Positions 1 to 9,554 are shown, numbered from the stretch's first letter. The stretch: 64,000 nt of DNA from Alphaproteobacteria bacterium (GCA_009377375.1 WHUE01000010.1:2591-66590); one strand, 5' to 3'. The notes: generated by a model from the letters alone, not told the origin. Program-made: numbers and translations.

Positions 1-1186
1 TCTCCTGCGGCGCGGTCGGGTCGGCGATGTCGACGATGCGCAAGCCCCCGCTGAACCAAGCGCAATAGACCAGCGTGTCCTTCATGTGCTCCTGGAACTG
101 GTGCGCGCCGAAGCGGGTGCCGGGGGTCCGGCTCCACGGCGACTCCGTCTCGGACACCTGGAAGATCGCCAGCGGCTGCATCTTCGCCGGGTCGGTCACG
201 TCGAATACCCAGAGCGGCGCGTGCGGCCGGCCGCGCCGGGCGGCGGCGTCGGCGGCGCTGTAGTACTGGTCCTCCTCGTCGATCGCGAGCGCGATGTCGC
301 GCCCGCCCAGCTTGAACGGCACGCCGAAGAAGGTATGCGACGGTTCGGGAAAGGGCGGGTGGTAGTTGTAGGCGCCGATGGTGGTCGGCTTCGCGATGTC
401 GGAGACGTCGATGATGCGCAGCCCGGCGTGCCAGCAGCCGGCCCACAGCCGGTCGCCGACGCGCATGGCGTGGTGAAGCCGGTTGCGCCTTCTCTTCCAG
501 TCCGGTTTTTCCCCGCCGGCAAGGTGCTGGCCCGGCATCCACCAGCGCGACGCCTCCTGCGGCCTCGCCGGATCGGCGATGTCGTAGATCACCAGGATAT
601 TGCCGACATAGCCCTCCATCTCGGTCGAGATGTAGGCATAGCGCTCGTCCATGTCGAAGCGGTGCACGCCGATGCCGCCGGTGCGCCGATAGGCGATCTC
701 CTTCGGCCGGGTGCGGTCCGACACGTCGTAGACCTTGAAGCCGCCGTTGAGGTACTTCTCCGCCTCGGCCTTCTCCAGCACCGCGATGTCGGCTTCCTCC
801 ACGCCCAGCTCGGCGGCGTGTTCGGCATGGGTCGGCGCGCGGCCCAGCCGCTCGGTCAGCCGCGCGCGGGCGGCGGGCAGCTCCTCCGCCCGGCGGCCCA
901 TCGCCGTCATGTTGCGCTCGTGGTTGACGATCATGACGTCACCGATCACCCGCGCCTTGTGGCTGTGCGAGCCGTGATCGTCCAGCGTGATGGTGGAGAC
1001 GATCTTCGGGTTCTTCGGGTCCCGGATGTCGATGATCGAGGTGCCGAGATGGTCCTTGTTCGGCAGATGCCCGATATAGGCATAGTCGCCGGCGACATAG
1101 ACCTGCCCCGCGCCGGGTATGTCGAGATAGGCGAGGCGTTTGGTTCGGTGCTCCAGTTCGATTGGGTTGCCGTCGGCTCCGTCCAT
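1..1186 (-). CDS. LVIVD-repeat beta-propeller protein (3' end cut by window edge)
   Basis: Reverse strand reads open from ATG at 1186 (MDGADGNPIELEHRTKRLAYLDIPGAG...) to the window edge, so it is absent from the ORF track. It has repeated L(V/R)I(I/V)D(V/I)(S/A)DP motifs and a GGAGG RBS 6 nt upstream. Confidence 0.8.
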   Translation of the reverse strand, partial: MDGADGNPIELEHRTKRLAYLDIPGAGQVYVAGDYAYIGHLPNKDHLGTSIIDIRDPKNPKIVSTITLDDHGSHSHKARVIGDVMIVNHERNMTAMGRRAEELPAARARLTERLGRAPTHAEHAAELGVEEADIAVLEKAEAEKYLNGGFKVYDVSDRTRPKEIAYRRTGGIGVHRFDMDERYAYISTEMEGYVGNILVIYDIADPARPQEASRWWMPGQHLAGGEKPDWKRRRNRLHHAMRVGDRLWAGCWHAGLRIIDVSDIAKPTTIGAYNYHPPFPEPSHTFFGVPFKLGGRDIALAIDEEDQYYSAADAAARRGRPHAPLWVFDVTDPAKMQPLAIFQVSETESPWSRTPGTRFGAHQFQEHMKDTLVYCAWFSGGLRIVDIADPTAPQE

Positions 1187-1214
1187 GGTCGCTTCCTCCC
1201 TGCAGCCGCGCCGT

Positions 1215-2102
1215 TCAGAATCCGTACAGCGCGGCGGGATTGTGCACAAGGACGCGCTCGCGTGCGCCTTCGTCCGGAATCCACCCGGCGAGCAGGTCGC
1301 ACAGATCGCCGTCGTTGGGCATCGCCTTCTTCACCATCACATGCGGCCAGTCGCTGCCCCAGAGGATGCGGTCCGGCGCTGCATCCGCCAGCGCGCGCGC
1401 ATGCGGCAGGATGTCCGCGTAGGGCAGGTCGCCGGCGGAGATGCGGTACGGCCCCGTCAGCTTGACCCAGCAGCGCCCGCCTTCGAGCAGCCGCAGCAGC
1501 GCGGCGAATCCGGGATCGTCGACGCCCTTGCCAGGCCGCATGTAGCCGAGATGGCCAAGCACGATATCGGCCGGGAAATCCGCGAACATGACGTCGAAAT
1601 CGGGGTAATCGTCGGCATGGATCAGCAACTCGACGTGCCAGCCCATCGGGGCGACGCGCGCCGCCAGCGCGCGGGCGTCGTCCAGAGGGACCGCGCCGGT
1701 CGGCGATCTGACGTCCACGAGATTGAGCCGCACGCCGCGCACTCCGGCCTCATGTAGCCGGGCGAGCTCGTCCTTCGTCACTGCCCCGTCGACCACGGCG
1801 ACGCCGCGGCATCGCGGCCCGAGCGCCGCCATTGCGTCCAGCATGGCGGCGTTGTCGACCCCGTAGACGCTGGGCTGCACGAGCACGCAGCGCTCCATCC
1901 TCAGCGCCTCCAGCATGGCGCGATAGTCGGTCAGCAGCGCATCCGGCGGGGTGTAGATGCGGTCCGGCGAATAGGCGTAGCGCGCCGCCGGGCCGCAGAT
2001 ATGCGCATGGGTATCGCAGGCGCCCGCGGGCAGCGCGAGACGCGGCCGGTGCGGGGTGCGGTCGGGCGGCGCGCAGGGCGGCGCCCCGCCGTCGGCGCTC
2101 AT
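1215..2102 (-). CDS. amidohydrolase-2 family protein (LigI-lactonase / decarboxylase-like)
   Basis: Contains GACDTHAHICGP and WGSDWPH motifs typical of PF04909. The MSADGG start overlaps the tctA stop in an ATGA quadruplet. The upstream part of ORF 1215..2189 lies inside tctA. Confidence 0.8.
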   Translation of the reverse strand: MSADGGAPPCAPPDRTPHRPRLALPAGACDTHAHICGPAARYAYSPDRIYTPPDALLTDYRAMLEALRMERCVLVQPSVYGVDNAAMLDAMAALGPRCRGVAVVDGAVTKDELARLHEAGVRGVRLNLVDVRSPTGAVPLDDARALAARVAPMGWHVELLIHADDYPDFDVMFADFPADIVLGHLGYMRPGKGVDDPGFAALLRLLEGGRCWVKLTGPYRISAGDLPYADILPHARALADAAPDRILWGSDWPHVMVKKAMPNDGDLCDLLAGWIPDEGARERVLVHNPAALYGF

Positions 2103-3622
2103 TGCGCGGCCGGCGTGCGCTCCTGGGCCGCGCGGCGACGCCATGCGGTGAAGGCCGGCACGCACAGCGACACGACCAGTGCCACCCAAAGGATGTTGCC
2201 GATGGTCGAGGAGAACACGACCAGGACGTCGCCCTGCGAGATGCGCATGGCGCGCAGGAAGTACTGCTCCAGGAGCGGTCCGAGGATCACGCCGATGAGG
2301 ATGGCCGCGACGTGATAGCCGGTCTTGCGGGCGACATAGCCGATCACGCCGAAGACGAGGGCGAGGTACATGTCGAACACGTATTCGCGCGGCACGAACG
2401 CGCCGACCAGCGTGAACGAGATGATGATCGGCGCCATGAAGACGGTGCGCACGACGGTGACGCGTGACATGTAGCGCGCCAGCGGCAGGATGGTGAAGAT
2501 CATCAGGATGTAGGTTACCGCCATGGTGGTGAACGGGCCATAGCCGAGCTCGGGTCGGGTGGCGAACAGCTCCGGGCCCACGGTCACGCCGTGATACTGC
2601 AGCACCACCGCCATGATCGCCGCCGTCGCGCCGCCCGGGACGCCGATCACCAGCAGGGGGATCAGCGTGCCCGAAGTCACGCCGTTATTCGCGGATTCCG
2701 GGGCGATCAGCCCCTCGATGTGTCCGGTGCCGTATTTCTCCGGCGTCTTGGAGAAGGCGCGCGACTGCTGGTAGGCGACGAAGGCGGCGATCGCGGCGCC
2801 CGCGCCCGGCACCACGCCGATGACCAGCCCGATCATCGCGGTCCAGACCACGTGCCACCAGCGCGACAGCGTTTCGCGCAGCCCCTCGATCGTCGCGCCC
2901 CAGCCGCCCGTCTGCATGGCCTCACGGCCGAGCTTGGTGAGGATGGAATCGCCCTCGATCACGCTGAAGGCCTCGGAGATCGCGAACAGGCCGACCAGCG
3001 CGGGAATCAGCGGCACCCCGTCGTAGAGCTCGAGGAATCCCATCGTGCCGCGCGGCGTCTCGTAGATCACGTCGGCGCCGATATAGCCGATCATCAGCCC
3101 CAGGAAACCTGCGATCAGCCCTTTCAGCGTGTCGCGGGCGGCGATGGAGGCGATCAGCGAGATGCCGAAGATCATGATGACGATCATCTCGACGCTGTGC
3201 AGGTAGTAGGCGACCTGCGACAGCCACGGCATGGCGAGCAGCGCGATGATCGTCGTCAGAAGCCCGCCGAGAACGGAGGAGGTGAAGGAGATGGTGAGCG
3301 CCTGCTGACCGCGCCCCTGCTGCGTCATCGGGTAGCCGTCGAGCGGCGTCGCCGCCGCGCCCGCGGTGCCCGGGATGTTCACGAGAATCGCCGGGATGCC
3401 GGCTCCCAGCCGGGACGAGGCGTAGAGCGCGACCATGAAGACGAGCCCGGTCTCCGGGTCCATCGCCAGGGTCAGCGGCAGCAGGATGATGATCGTGTTG
3501 GCGGCGCTGAATCCGGGGATCGCCCCGACGATGAGCCCGAGCAGGATGGAGGGCAGGATCACCCACCAGTAGGAAAAGGTGCGCGCGAACTGCTCTGCGA
3601 AAATCTCTATCGAGAATTCCAT
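2099..3622 (-). CDS. tctA: tripartite tricarboxylate transporter large permease TctA
   Basis: 507-aa polytopic membrane protein with the TctA family signature (MEFSIEIFAEQF..., repeated GxxPG segments). Confidence 0.9.
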   Translation of the reverse strand: MEFSIEIFAEQFARTFSYWWVILPSILLGLIVGAIPGFSAANTIIILLPLTLAMDPETGLVFMVALYASSRLGAGIPAILVNIPGTAGAAATPLDGYPMTQQGRGQQALTISFTSSVLGGLLTTIIALLAMPWLSQVAYYLHSVEMIVIMIFGISLIASIAARDTLKGLIAGFLGLMIGYIGADVIYETPRGTMGFLELYDGVPLIPALVGLFAISEAFSVIEGDSILTKLGREAMQTGGWGATIEGLRETLSRWWHVVWTAMIGLVIGVVPGAGAAIAAFVAYQQSRAFSKTPEKYGTGHIEGLIAPESANNGVTSGTLIPLLVIGVPGGATAAIMAVVLQYHGVTVGPELFATRPELGYGPFTTMAVTYILMIFTILPLARYMSRVTVVRTVFMAPIIISFTLVGAFVPREYVFDMYLALVFGVIGYVARKTGYHVAAILIGVILGPLLEQYFLRAMRISQGDVLVVFSSTIGNILWVALVVSLCVPAFTAWRRRAAQERTPAAQ

Positions 3623-3623
3623 C

Positions 3624-4133
3624 TCAGAACATCCTCTGCATGAGCATCTCGAACGGGCCCGCGGGGAAGCGGGTTTCGAAGGCGACCACGAAGAGCAGCC
3701 AGCCGCCGATGGCGAGCACCGCCGACAGCGCGGCGATGAACCCCTTGCTTCTGCCCCCGTTCAGCACCGCCATCGCCAGCGCGAGGAACAGGAACGTGGT
3801 GAGCGTGAAGCCGAGCCAGGGAACGACGAAGATGTAGGCCACCGTGAGCCCGAGGAGGACCAGCCGCCTGGGCACGAAGGAGGTCGGCTCTATCAGCCCG
3901 CCGATGCCGAGCGACACCTCGCCCCGGCGCAGGGCCAGCGCAGTGCGGACGAACAGGGCGAGGCACAGAAAGATCAGGATCGTGCCGACGAAGAGCGCGC
4001 TCGCCTGGGCGGTGAACGGCACGTCCACGATCGTCCACAGATAGTAGATCGAGAAAACCACCGCCACGGCCGGGATGATGAGTTCGCCGCCAATCGGCTT
4101 GCGGCGCCCGTGTTCCTGCTGACTGTCTGTCAT
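3624..4133 (-). CDS. tctB: tripartite tricarboxylate transporter small subunit TctB
   Basis: About 169 aa with 4 TM helices, directly between tctC and tctA; stop lies 2 nt before the tctA start. Start taken at MTDSQQ. Confidence 0.75.
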   Translation of the reverse strand: MTDSQQEHGRRKPIGGELIIPAVAVVFSIYYLWTIVDVPFTAQASALFVGTILIFLCLALFVRTALALRRGEVSLGIGGLIEPTSFVPRRLVLLGLTVAYIFVVPWLGFTLTTFLFLALAMAVLNGGRSKGFIAALSAVLAIGGWLLFVVAFETRFPAGPFEMLMQRMF

Positions 4134-4293
4134 AAATCTTCGCACCGGTGCGGCGCGTCCCCTCGACTGTCGCCGGCCCGCTGCGGCCGGCGAAGGCCGT
4201 TGCCCCTGTTGATACGAGGCGGGGCGGCACGCCCAATCCGGTCTGCCGCCCGCCCTTCGTCTTGCGCCGGCGGCCGTGGCCGCCGGCGAACCG

Positions 4294-5322
4294 CTACGAC
4301 TTCTTCTGCTTGCCGGTCAGGTACTGCTTGTACTGCTGGCCGATCTCGGTGATGGAGGCGACGTACTTCTTGCAGTCCTCCGCCGAGCCGTACATGAAGT
4401 ATTCCCACGGCGCCTTGGTCTTCTCCACCGCCGCCTTGTAGGCAGGGTCGCCGTACACCTTCTCGGCGGTGCTCACCAGGGTCTTGTAACGGTCGGGATA
4501 TTTCTCGACCGCCTCGGTCTGGATGCCGAAGGCGCGCGCCCCGGCGACGAGCGGCGGGAGGTTCATGTTGAAATGCTTGTTGACCAGAACCGCGTCCGGA
4601 ATCTTATCGGGCAACGCATTCTTGTCATCGAACAGCGCCACGATCTTGAAAGCGCTGCGGCCGACGATGCTCGAGGTGGGGAGGGCGCCGAAATCGACCT
4701 CGCCCGTCGCCACGCCGGAGAGGGTGTTGCGGCCGCCGGACAACGGGATCAGGTTGAACTTCGCGCCGGTCTTGTCGGCGAGCGCCAGAGCGCCCAGGGA
4801 GGCCGGATGCGCCAGCCGGCTGACGCCGACGTTCAGCGTCCGCTTCTTTCCTTCCGCAACGACGTCGTCGACGTTCTTCAGCTTGCTCTTCGTGCTGACG
4901 AACAGGCAGCCCGGATCGGCGTCCACCTGCGCGAAGTAGAAGTATGAGTCGATCGGGAAGGTCGGCGGCTTGACGACCCAGTTCAGCACCTCCGCGCCCA
5001 TGTTGCCGAACAGCAAATGATAGCAGTCGCGCGGCGCCTTGCCCATGAAGGTCTCGTAACCCACGCGGCCGGCCGCGCCCGGATAGAACGCCGGCTCGAA
5101 ATTGGTCTTGATATGGTTCTTCCAGATGCTGGCGAAGGCCCTGAGGTTCCGGTCCGCGCCGCCGCCCTCGCGCGTCGGCACGTAGACCTTGATGTTGCGC
5201 TCCGGGAATGCCGCCGCCATGGCCACCTGGAACGGCAGCGTCGCCAGCGCGCCCGCGCCGAGGGCCGCGCCAGATCCCTTGAGGAAACCGCGGCGCGAAA
5301 AATCGTCGTCGAATCGGTCCAT
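4294..5322 (-). CDS. tctC: Bug/TctC-family periplasmic substrate-binding protein
   Basis: N-terminal twin-arginine signal (RRGFLKGSGAALGAGALA) and TctC/Bug-family sequence; first gene of the tctCBA operon. Confidence 0.85.
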   Translation of the reverse strand: MDRFDDDFSRRGFLKGSGAALGAGALATLPFQVAMAAAFPERNIKVYVPTREGGGADRNLRAFASIWKNHIKTNFEPAFYPGAAGRVGYETFMGKAPRDCYHLLFGNMGAEVLNWVVKPPTFPIDSYFYFAQVDADPGCLFVSTKSKLKNVDDVVAEGKKRTLNVGVSRLAHPASLGALALADKTGAKFNLIPLSGGRNTLSGVATGEVDFGALPTSSIVGRSAFKIVALFDDKNALPDKIPDAVLVNKHFNMNLPPLVAGARAFGIQTEAVEKYPDRYKTLVSTAEKVYGDPAYKAAVEKTKAPWEYFMYGSAEDCKKYVASITEIGQQYKQYLTGKQKKS

Positions 5323-5500
5323 TTGAATTATCTCCCTTTATCCCGTCACCCTGGTGGGACGTGCCGTGCCCTCCCGGCCCGGCATGCGCCCCGCGCGCCG
5401 TAGCGTACTCGGCGCCATTCTTTACTGTATGGCCAATCGTTGTTGATTTCCCGGGGCCGGTCAAGGGGAACCAATCGCATATTGGGCGAGGTCGGGGAAA

Positions 5501-6430
5501 TCAGGAGTCGGCGCCCAGCGCCCCTGCGCAGGCGGCGAGGGCAGGGTGCAGCCGCAGGATTTCGCGGACGGTCTCTTCGCCGGAAAGGGTCTGCCACGGG
5601 CCTTCGATACGGATCGCCTCCTCGCCAGGAGCCGGCCTGCCGTCGGTGGCGGCGAGCATCCGCTCGAACAGCCACGGCCAGTCGACGATGCCGTCGTCCA
5701 GGTCCGGGTCTGGGCCGCCCCGGGCGGCGAGGCAGTCCGGCGCCCAGGCCCAGCGGGCGATCTCGGCGGCTTCCAGCCTTACGCGGAGCGCGGATCCGGT
5801 TCCCTCGCCATGCGCCAGCACCCAGAGCGCGGCGCGGCCGGCGCGGGGATGGTTAGCGGCGGCGTCGGCGACGATCTCTCCGGTTTCGCCGCCGAACGGT
5901 CCGCAGCGGGCGAGCACGATGTCGGACCGGCGCAGCGCAGGCGCGGGCGCCTCCGGCGACAGTTCCGCGAGCGCGCGGCCCACGGCGCGCAGCCGCGCCG
6001 GGCGACGGTCCTCCAGCCGGTAGACGTCGCCATCGGCGGGATCGAGGCCGCCGTTCATGGCCAGCGTCGAGAAGCGCGGCGATAGCCGGCGCGAATCCGA
6101 CAGCAGAGAGTCCAGCCCGGCAAGCGCCTGCCAGATGCAGTGGCTAGGCGCGCGCGTATCGAAGACCAGGGCGAGGCGGCGCACTGTGACGGCCCGCGCG
6201 GCGTCGCGCAGAACATGATCGCGCGGCAGGGCCGTGCAGAGCCGGCGCAGCGGCGGCGCGCCGATGTCGGTGGGCGGCTGCGGGGCGTCCGCGGCATTCA
6301 TCGACTGCCAGACATCGACATGCTCGGCCAGCAAGTGCGCCGACAGTTGTGGCAGTCCGGTCATCATACCCCCCATGTGAAACCCATGTGACGGGTAAGG
6401 AGAAAAACCGGCCGCACAGCGATAACGCAT
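5501..6430 (-). CDS. hypothetical protein (family not recognised)
   Basis: 309-aa ORF with amino-acid composition typical of high-GC coding sequence. The competing plus-strand ORFs are Arg/Pro-rich antisense artefacts. AGAAGG lies 3 nt before the ATG. No family assigned. Confidence 0.4.
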   Translation of the reverse strand: MRYRCAAGFSPYPSHGFHMGGMMTGLPQLSAHLLAEHVDVWQSMNAADAPQPPTDIGAPPLRRLCTALPRDHVLRDAARAVTVRRLALVFDTRAPSHCIWQALAGLDSLLSDSRRLSPRFSTLAMNGGLDPADGDVYRLEDRRPARLRAVGRALAELSPEAPAPALRRSDIVLARCGPFGGETGEIVADAAANHPRAGRAALWVLAHGEGTGSALRVRLEAAEIARWAWAPDCLAARGGPDPDLDDGIVDWPWLFERMLAATDGRPAPGEEAIRIEGPWQTLSGEETVREILRLHPALAACAGALGADS

Positions 6431-6544
6431 TTACCTTCTGGCACGGACGACTCGGCTGCGTTAGAATCGGCGCCGCATCCACGATATTCAGGATGCAGCG
6501 TTAGAGTAAAACACATAACAGAATTCCCTGGGGAGGCCGTCGTC

Positions 6545-7051
6545 TTGGCGCATATCGCCAACCTGTACAATCAAATCATTCTCTTGTTCCGCATCCTCTC
6601 GGGAATCGTGGTCGTCTGCGTCTTCGCACTGATCGTGACCGATGTGCTGGTGCGGCTGGCCGGCTTTTCGCCGTGGATTTATTCGAGCGGCCTGGTCGAG
6701 TACGGCCTGCTCTGGTTCACGATGCTGGCCGCGCCGTGGCTGGCGCGGATCAAGGGGCACGTCTTCATAGACGCGGTCAAGGTGCTGCTGCCGGCGCCGG
6801 TGCAGAAGGCGATGGCCAAGATCGTATACGTGATCTGCATCGTGTCCTGCCTCGTCTTCGCGTATTACGCGGGAGGGCTGTTTCTCGACGCGATCCGGCT
6901 CGGCCAGATGGACGTCCGGGGCGAGGAAATGCCGCTCTGGACCTTGCTGGTGCCGATCCCGGTCGGATTTACGATGGTTGCGATCGAGTTCATCCGGTTC
7001 CTTGTCGGTATCGACGACATGTACGCCACGGCCGAGAAGGAAGGCATCTGA
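6545..7051 (+). CDS. dctQ: TRAP transporter small permease DctQ
   Basis: 168 aa with 4 TM helices and DctQ-like sequence; TTG start preceded by GGGGAGG; stop 2 nt before dctM. Confidence 0.85.
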   Translation: MAHIANLYNQIILLFRILSGIVVVCVFALIVTDVLVRLAGFSPWIYSSGLVEYGLLWFTMLAAPWLARIKGHVFIDAVKVLLPAPVQKAMAKIVYVICIVSCLVFAYYAGGLFLDAIRLGQMDVRGEEMPLWTLLVPIPVGFTMVAIEFIRFLVGIDDMYATAEKEGI

Positions 7052-7053
7052 CG

Positions 7054-8370
7054 ATGGAGTGGTACTGGGCTTTCGCCCTGCTGCTGGGCATGATCGTCGG
7101 CATGATGGCCATCGGCATGCCGGTGGCGATCGGCTTCCTGACCACGAATATCATCGGCTGGCTGTATTTCAACGGCTGGGACCCGGCTGCCATCCAGCAG
7201 GTCGTCGACAACTCCACCATCCTTATCACGCGGTTCACGCTCGGCCCTGTGCCGATGTTCATCCTGATGGGGTCGCTGTTCTTCCACACCGGGCTGGCGA
7301 TCCGGGTGTTCGACGGGCTCGACGCGCTGTTCGGACGGCTGCCGGGGCGGCTGTGCTTCCTGACCGTGGCGGGCGGCGCGGTGTTCTCGACGCTGACCGG
7401 CTCCAGCATGGCCAATACTGCGATGCTGGGGTCGCTGATGGTGCCCGAGATGCAGCGCCGGGGCTACAGCCAGCAGATGTCGATGGGGCCGATCCTCGGC
7501 ACCGGCGGGCTGGCGATGATCATTCCGCCGTCGGCGCTCGGCGTGCTGCTCGCCAGCGTGGCCAGCATCGACGTCGGCCGGCTGCTGATCGCGGGCCTCC
7601 TGCCCGGCTTCGCCCTGGCCGGGCTGTATGCCGGCATGATCGCGCTGCAGCTCTGGCTCAAGCCCGGCTCTGCGCCCCCCTACGAGGTGGAGCCGACGCC
7701 CTGGCTGCAGAAGATCCTTCTGGTCACCGTCAACATCCTGCCGATGGGCCTCGTCGTCTTCATGGTGGTGGGGTTCATCGTGTTCGGCTGGGCGACGCCC
7801 ACCGAATCGGCGGCGTTCGGTGTACTCGGCGTGATCGTACTTGCGGCGGCGTTCCGGATGCTGGCCTGGCCGGCGATCGTCATCTCGGTCAATGGCACCG
7901 TGCGGGTCGCGGCGATGGTGTTCTTCATCCTGATGAACTCCACCGTGTTCAGCCAGCTCCTGGCGTTCTCCGGCGCGACCTCGGGCATGCTCGAATGGGT
8001 GACCGGGTTCCAGATCGACCGGCTGCTGATCCTGCTGGCGATGTTCGTCGTACTGCTCGTGCTCGGCATGTTCATGGACGCGGTGTCCATGATGCTGATC
8101 TCTGTTCCGGTATTCTTTCCGCTGGCCCAGGCGCTGGGCTTCGACCTCATATGGTTCGGGCTGTTCGTGCTTGTCGCCATCGAGATGGCCGGCACCACGC
8201 CGCCGTTCGGGCTGCTGCTCTACGTCATGCTCGGCGTGGCGCCGCCGGGCACGTCGCTGATCGACGTGTCCAAGGCGGCGTTCCCCTTTCTGGTCTGCGA
8301 CACGATCCTGCTTCTCATTCTCGTGGCCTTCCCGGGGCTCGCGCTCTGGCTGCCCGGCATGATGGGCTGA
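7054..8370 (+). CDS. dctM: TRAP transporter large permease DctM
   Basis: 438-aa DctM-family permease starting MEWYWAFALLLGMIVG. The first 127 codons of ORF 6673..8370 are an overlap artefact over dctQ. Confidence 0.9.
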   Translation: MEWYWAFALLLGMIVGMMAIGMPVAIGFLTTNIIGWLYFNGWDPAAIQQVVDNSTILITRFTLGPVPMFILMGSLFFHTGLAIRVFDGLDALFGRLPGRLCFLTVAGGAVFSTLTGSSMANTAMLGSLMVPEMQRRGYSQQMSMGPILGTGGLAMIIPPSALGVLLASVASIDVGRLLIAGLLPGFALAGLYAGMIALQLWLKPGSAPPYEVEPTPWLQKILLVTVNILPMGLVVFMVVGFIVFGWATPTESAAFGVLGVIVLAAAFRMLAWPAIVISVNGTVRVAAMVFFILMNSTVFSQLLAFSGATSGMLEWVTGFQIDRLLILLAMFVVLLVLGMFMDAVSMMLISVPVFFPLAQALGFDLIWFGLFVLVAIEMAGTTPPFGLLLYVMLGVAPPGTSLIDVSKAAFPFLVCDTILLLILVAFPGLALWLPGMMG

Positions 8371-8470
8371 CGGATTTCGGAGGGCGGACTCCGTCCGCTT
8401 CATGAGGCAGCGCTCCCGCCCCGCGCCTTTTCCTGCCGAGTACCGGTTCAAGCAGGCGCACAAAGAAAAC

Positions 8471-8497
8471 GGCGCCGCCCCGAAAGGCGGCGCCGCC
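8471..8497. terminator. GC-rich hairpin between convergent dctM and dctP
   Basis: GGCGCCGCC-ccgaaa-GGCGGCGCC stem-loop. On the minus strand it is followed by GTTTTCTTTG, so it can serve as the dctP terminator and is weaker for dctM. Confidence 0.4.
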
Positions 8498-8522
8498 GTG
8501 CGTTTCGGCCCTGCGGACCCCC

Positions 8523-9512
8523 TTACTTGATCGGCACGAAGAGCTTGGGCTTCAGCTTCTCGTAATCGACGGTGTATTTCAGCTTGTCGTTCTCCGCCCA
8601 CTTGGCGGCGTAGATCGTCCTGATATACGCCTTGGCGTATTCGCCCTCGAGCTCGATGTCCTGCACCCCCGCCTTGGCCAGCTTGGCATCGTCCTCGACG
8701 CCCTTGTCGACCATGATCTGGGGGCTCTTCTGCTCGTAGATCCGGGCCTGCTTTTCGAGCTGCTCCTTCTCCGCCGCGGACAGCGAATTGTACTTGTCCT
8801 TGTTGATCAGGACGAGAATCGAGGCGCCGAAGAAATCCGGCTTGATTCGGTATTTGAGGAATTTTTCCCAGCCGTACTTGCCGACGGACCCCCACGGCCA
8901 CGCGAGTCCCTCCACCACGCCGCGCTCGAGCGCGGAGTACACGTCCGGGGCGGAGATCACTACGGTGGTTGCGCCCATCGCCTTCAGGAACGGATTGTAG
9001 AGGCCGGTGGAGCGGATCTTGAGGCCCTTCAGGTCCACCCCGAGCTCCTTGCTGAGCTTCGGTTTGAAGGAGGTGTACATGTAGAACTTCTGGCCGCCGA
9101 AATGCGTCCACGCAATGATGCGGGCGTTGAGGTTCTTGCTCCAGGCTTCCTGCATCATGTCGAAGCCGCCGTTCTTGCGGATCTCCTCCAGCGACTTGTT
9201 CTGGACGCCGGGCAGGCGGGCTTCGCCGAACAGCCCGCCGTAATAGGCGGCGGGGCAGAGGAGAACGTCCACCACGCCGCGCTGCAGGGCCGGCGCCGCC
9301 TTCTGGGGCGGCGTGACTTCGGGGCCGCCGAGGTAATTGATCGTGACAGCGCCCTTCGCGTCGTTGAGCGGCTTGACGAACGTATCGAAGAACGCCTCGA
9401 TGTAGTCGTGACTCTTGGCGAAACAGCCGAGAGCCTTGAGCGTTGCCGCACTGGACGGCGCTGCCCAGGAGGCAACGGCCAGTGCGAGAGCGGACACAAC
9501 TAGCTTTTTCAT
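8523..9512 (-). CDS. dctP: TRAP transporter substrate-binding protein, DctP family
   Basis: MKKLVVSALALAVASWAAPSSAA signal peptide and DctP-family body. Start taken at MKKL, preceded by GAGGGAGAG. The upstream part of ORF 8523..9587 is treated as leader. Confidence 0.85.
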   Translation of the reverse strand: MKKLVVSALALAVASWAAPSSAATLKALGCFAKSHDYIEAFFDTFVKPLNDAKGAVTINYLGGPEVTPPQKAAPALQRGVVDVLLCPAAYYGGLFGEARLPGVQNKSLEEIRKNGGFDMMQEAWSKNLNARIIAWTHFGGQKFYMYTSFKPKLSKELGVDLKGLKIRSTGLYNPFLKAMGATTVVISAPDVYSALERGVVEGLAWPWGSVGKYGWEKFLKYRIKPDFFGASILVLINKDKYNSLSAAEKEQLEKQARIYEQKSPQIMVDKGVEDDAKLAKAGVQDIELEGEYAKAYIRTIYAAKWAENDKLKYTVDYEKLKPKLFVPIK

Positions 9513-9526
9513 GCAATCTCTCCCTC

Positions 9527-9554
9527 TTTTGATGTCTGTCTTTTGATGTCTGTG
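9527..9554. repeat. perfect tandem duplication of a 14-bp unit (TTTTGATGTCTGTC x2) directly upstream of the dctP RBS
   Basis: Read directly from the sequence. On the dctP mRNA strand it reads ACAGACATCAAAAG repeated twice and abuts the Shine-Dalgarno. Confidence 0.5.

Noticed and set aside
86-1465. 459-aa plus-strand ORF
   Set aside because: It is Arg/Gly/Pro-rich and antisense to the LVIVD-repeat gene. The minus-strand reading frame has clear repeat-protein homology and a GGAGG RBS.
6865-9516. 883-aa minus-strand ORF
   Set aside because: It runs antisense across dctM with low-complexity Arg/Gly/His composition. The plus-strand DctM homology is unambiguous.
9527-9554. Possible CRISPR array or minisatellite
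   Set aside because: Only two units with no spacers and no cas genes, so it is a simple tandem duplication.
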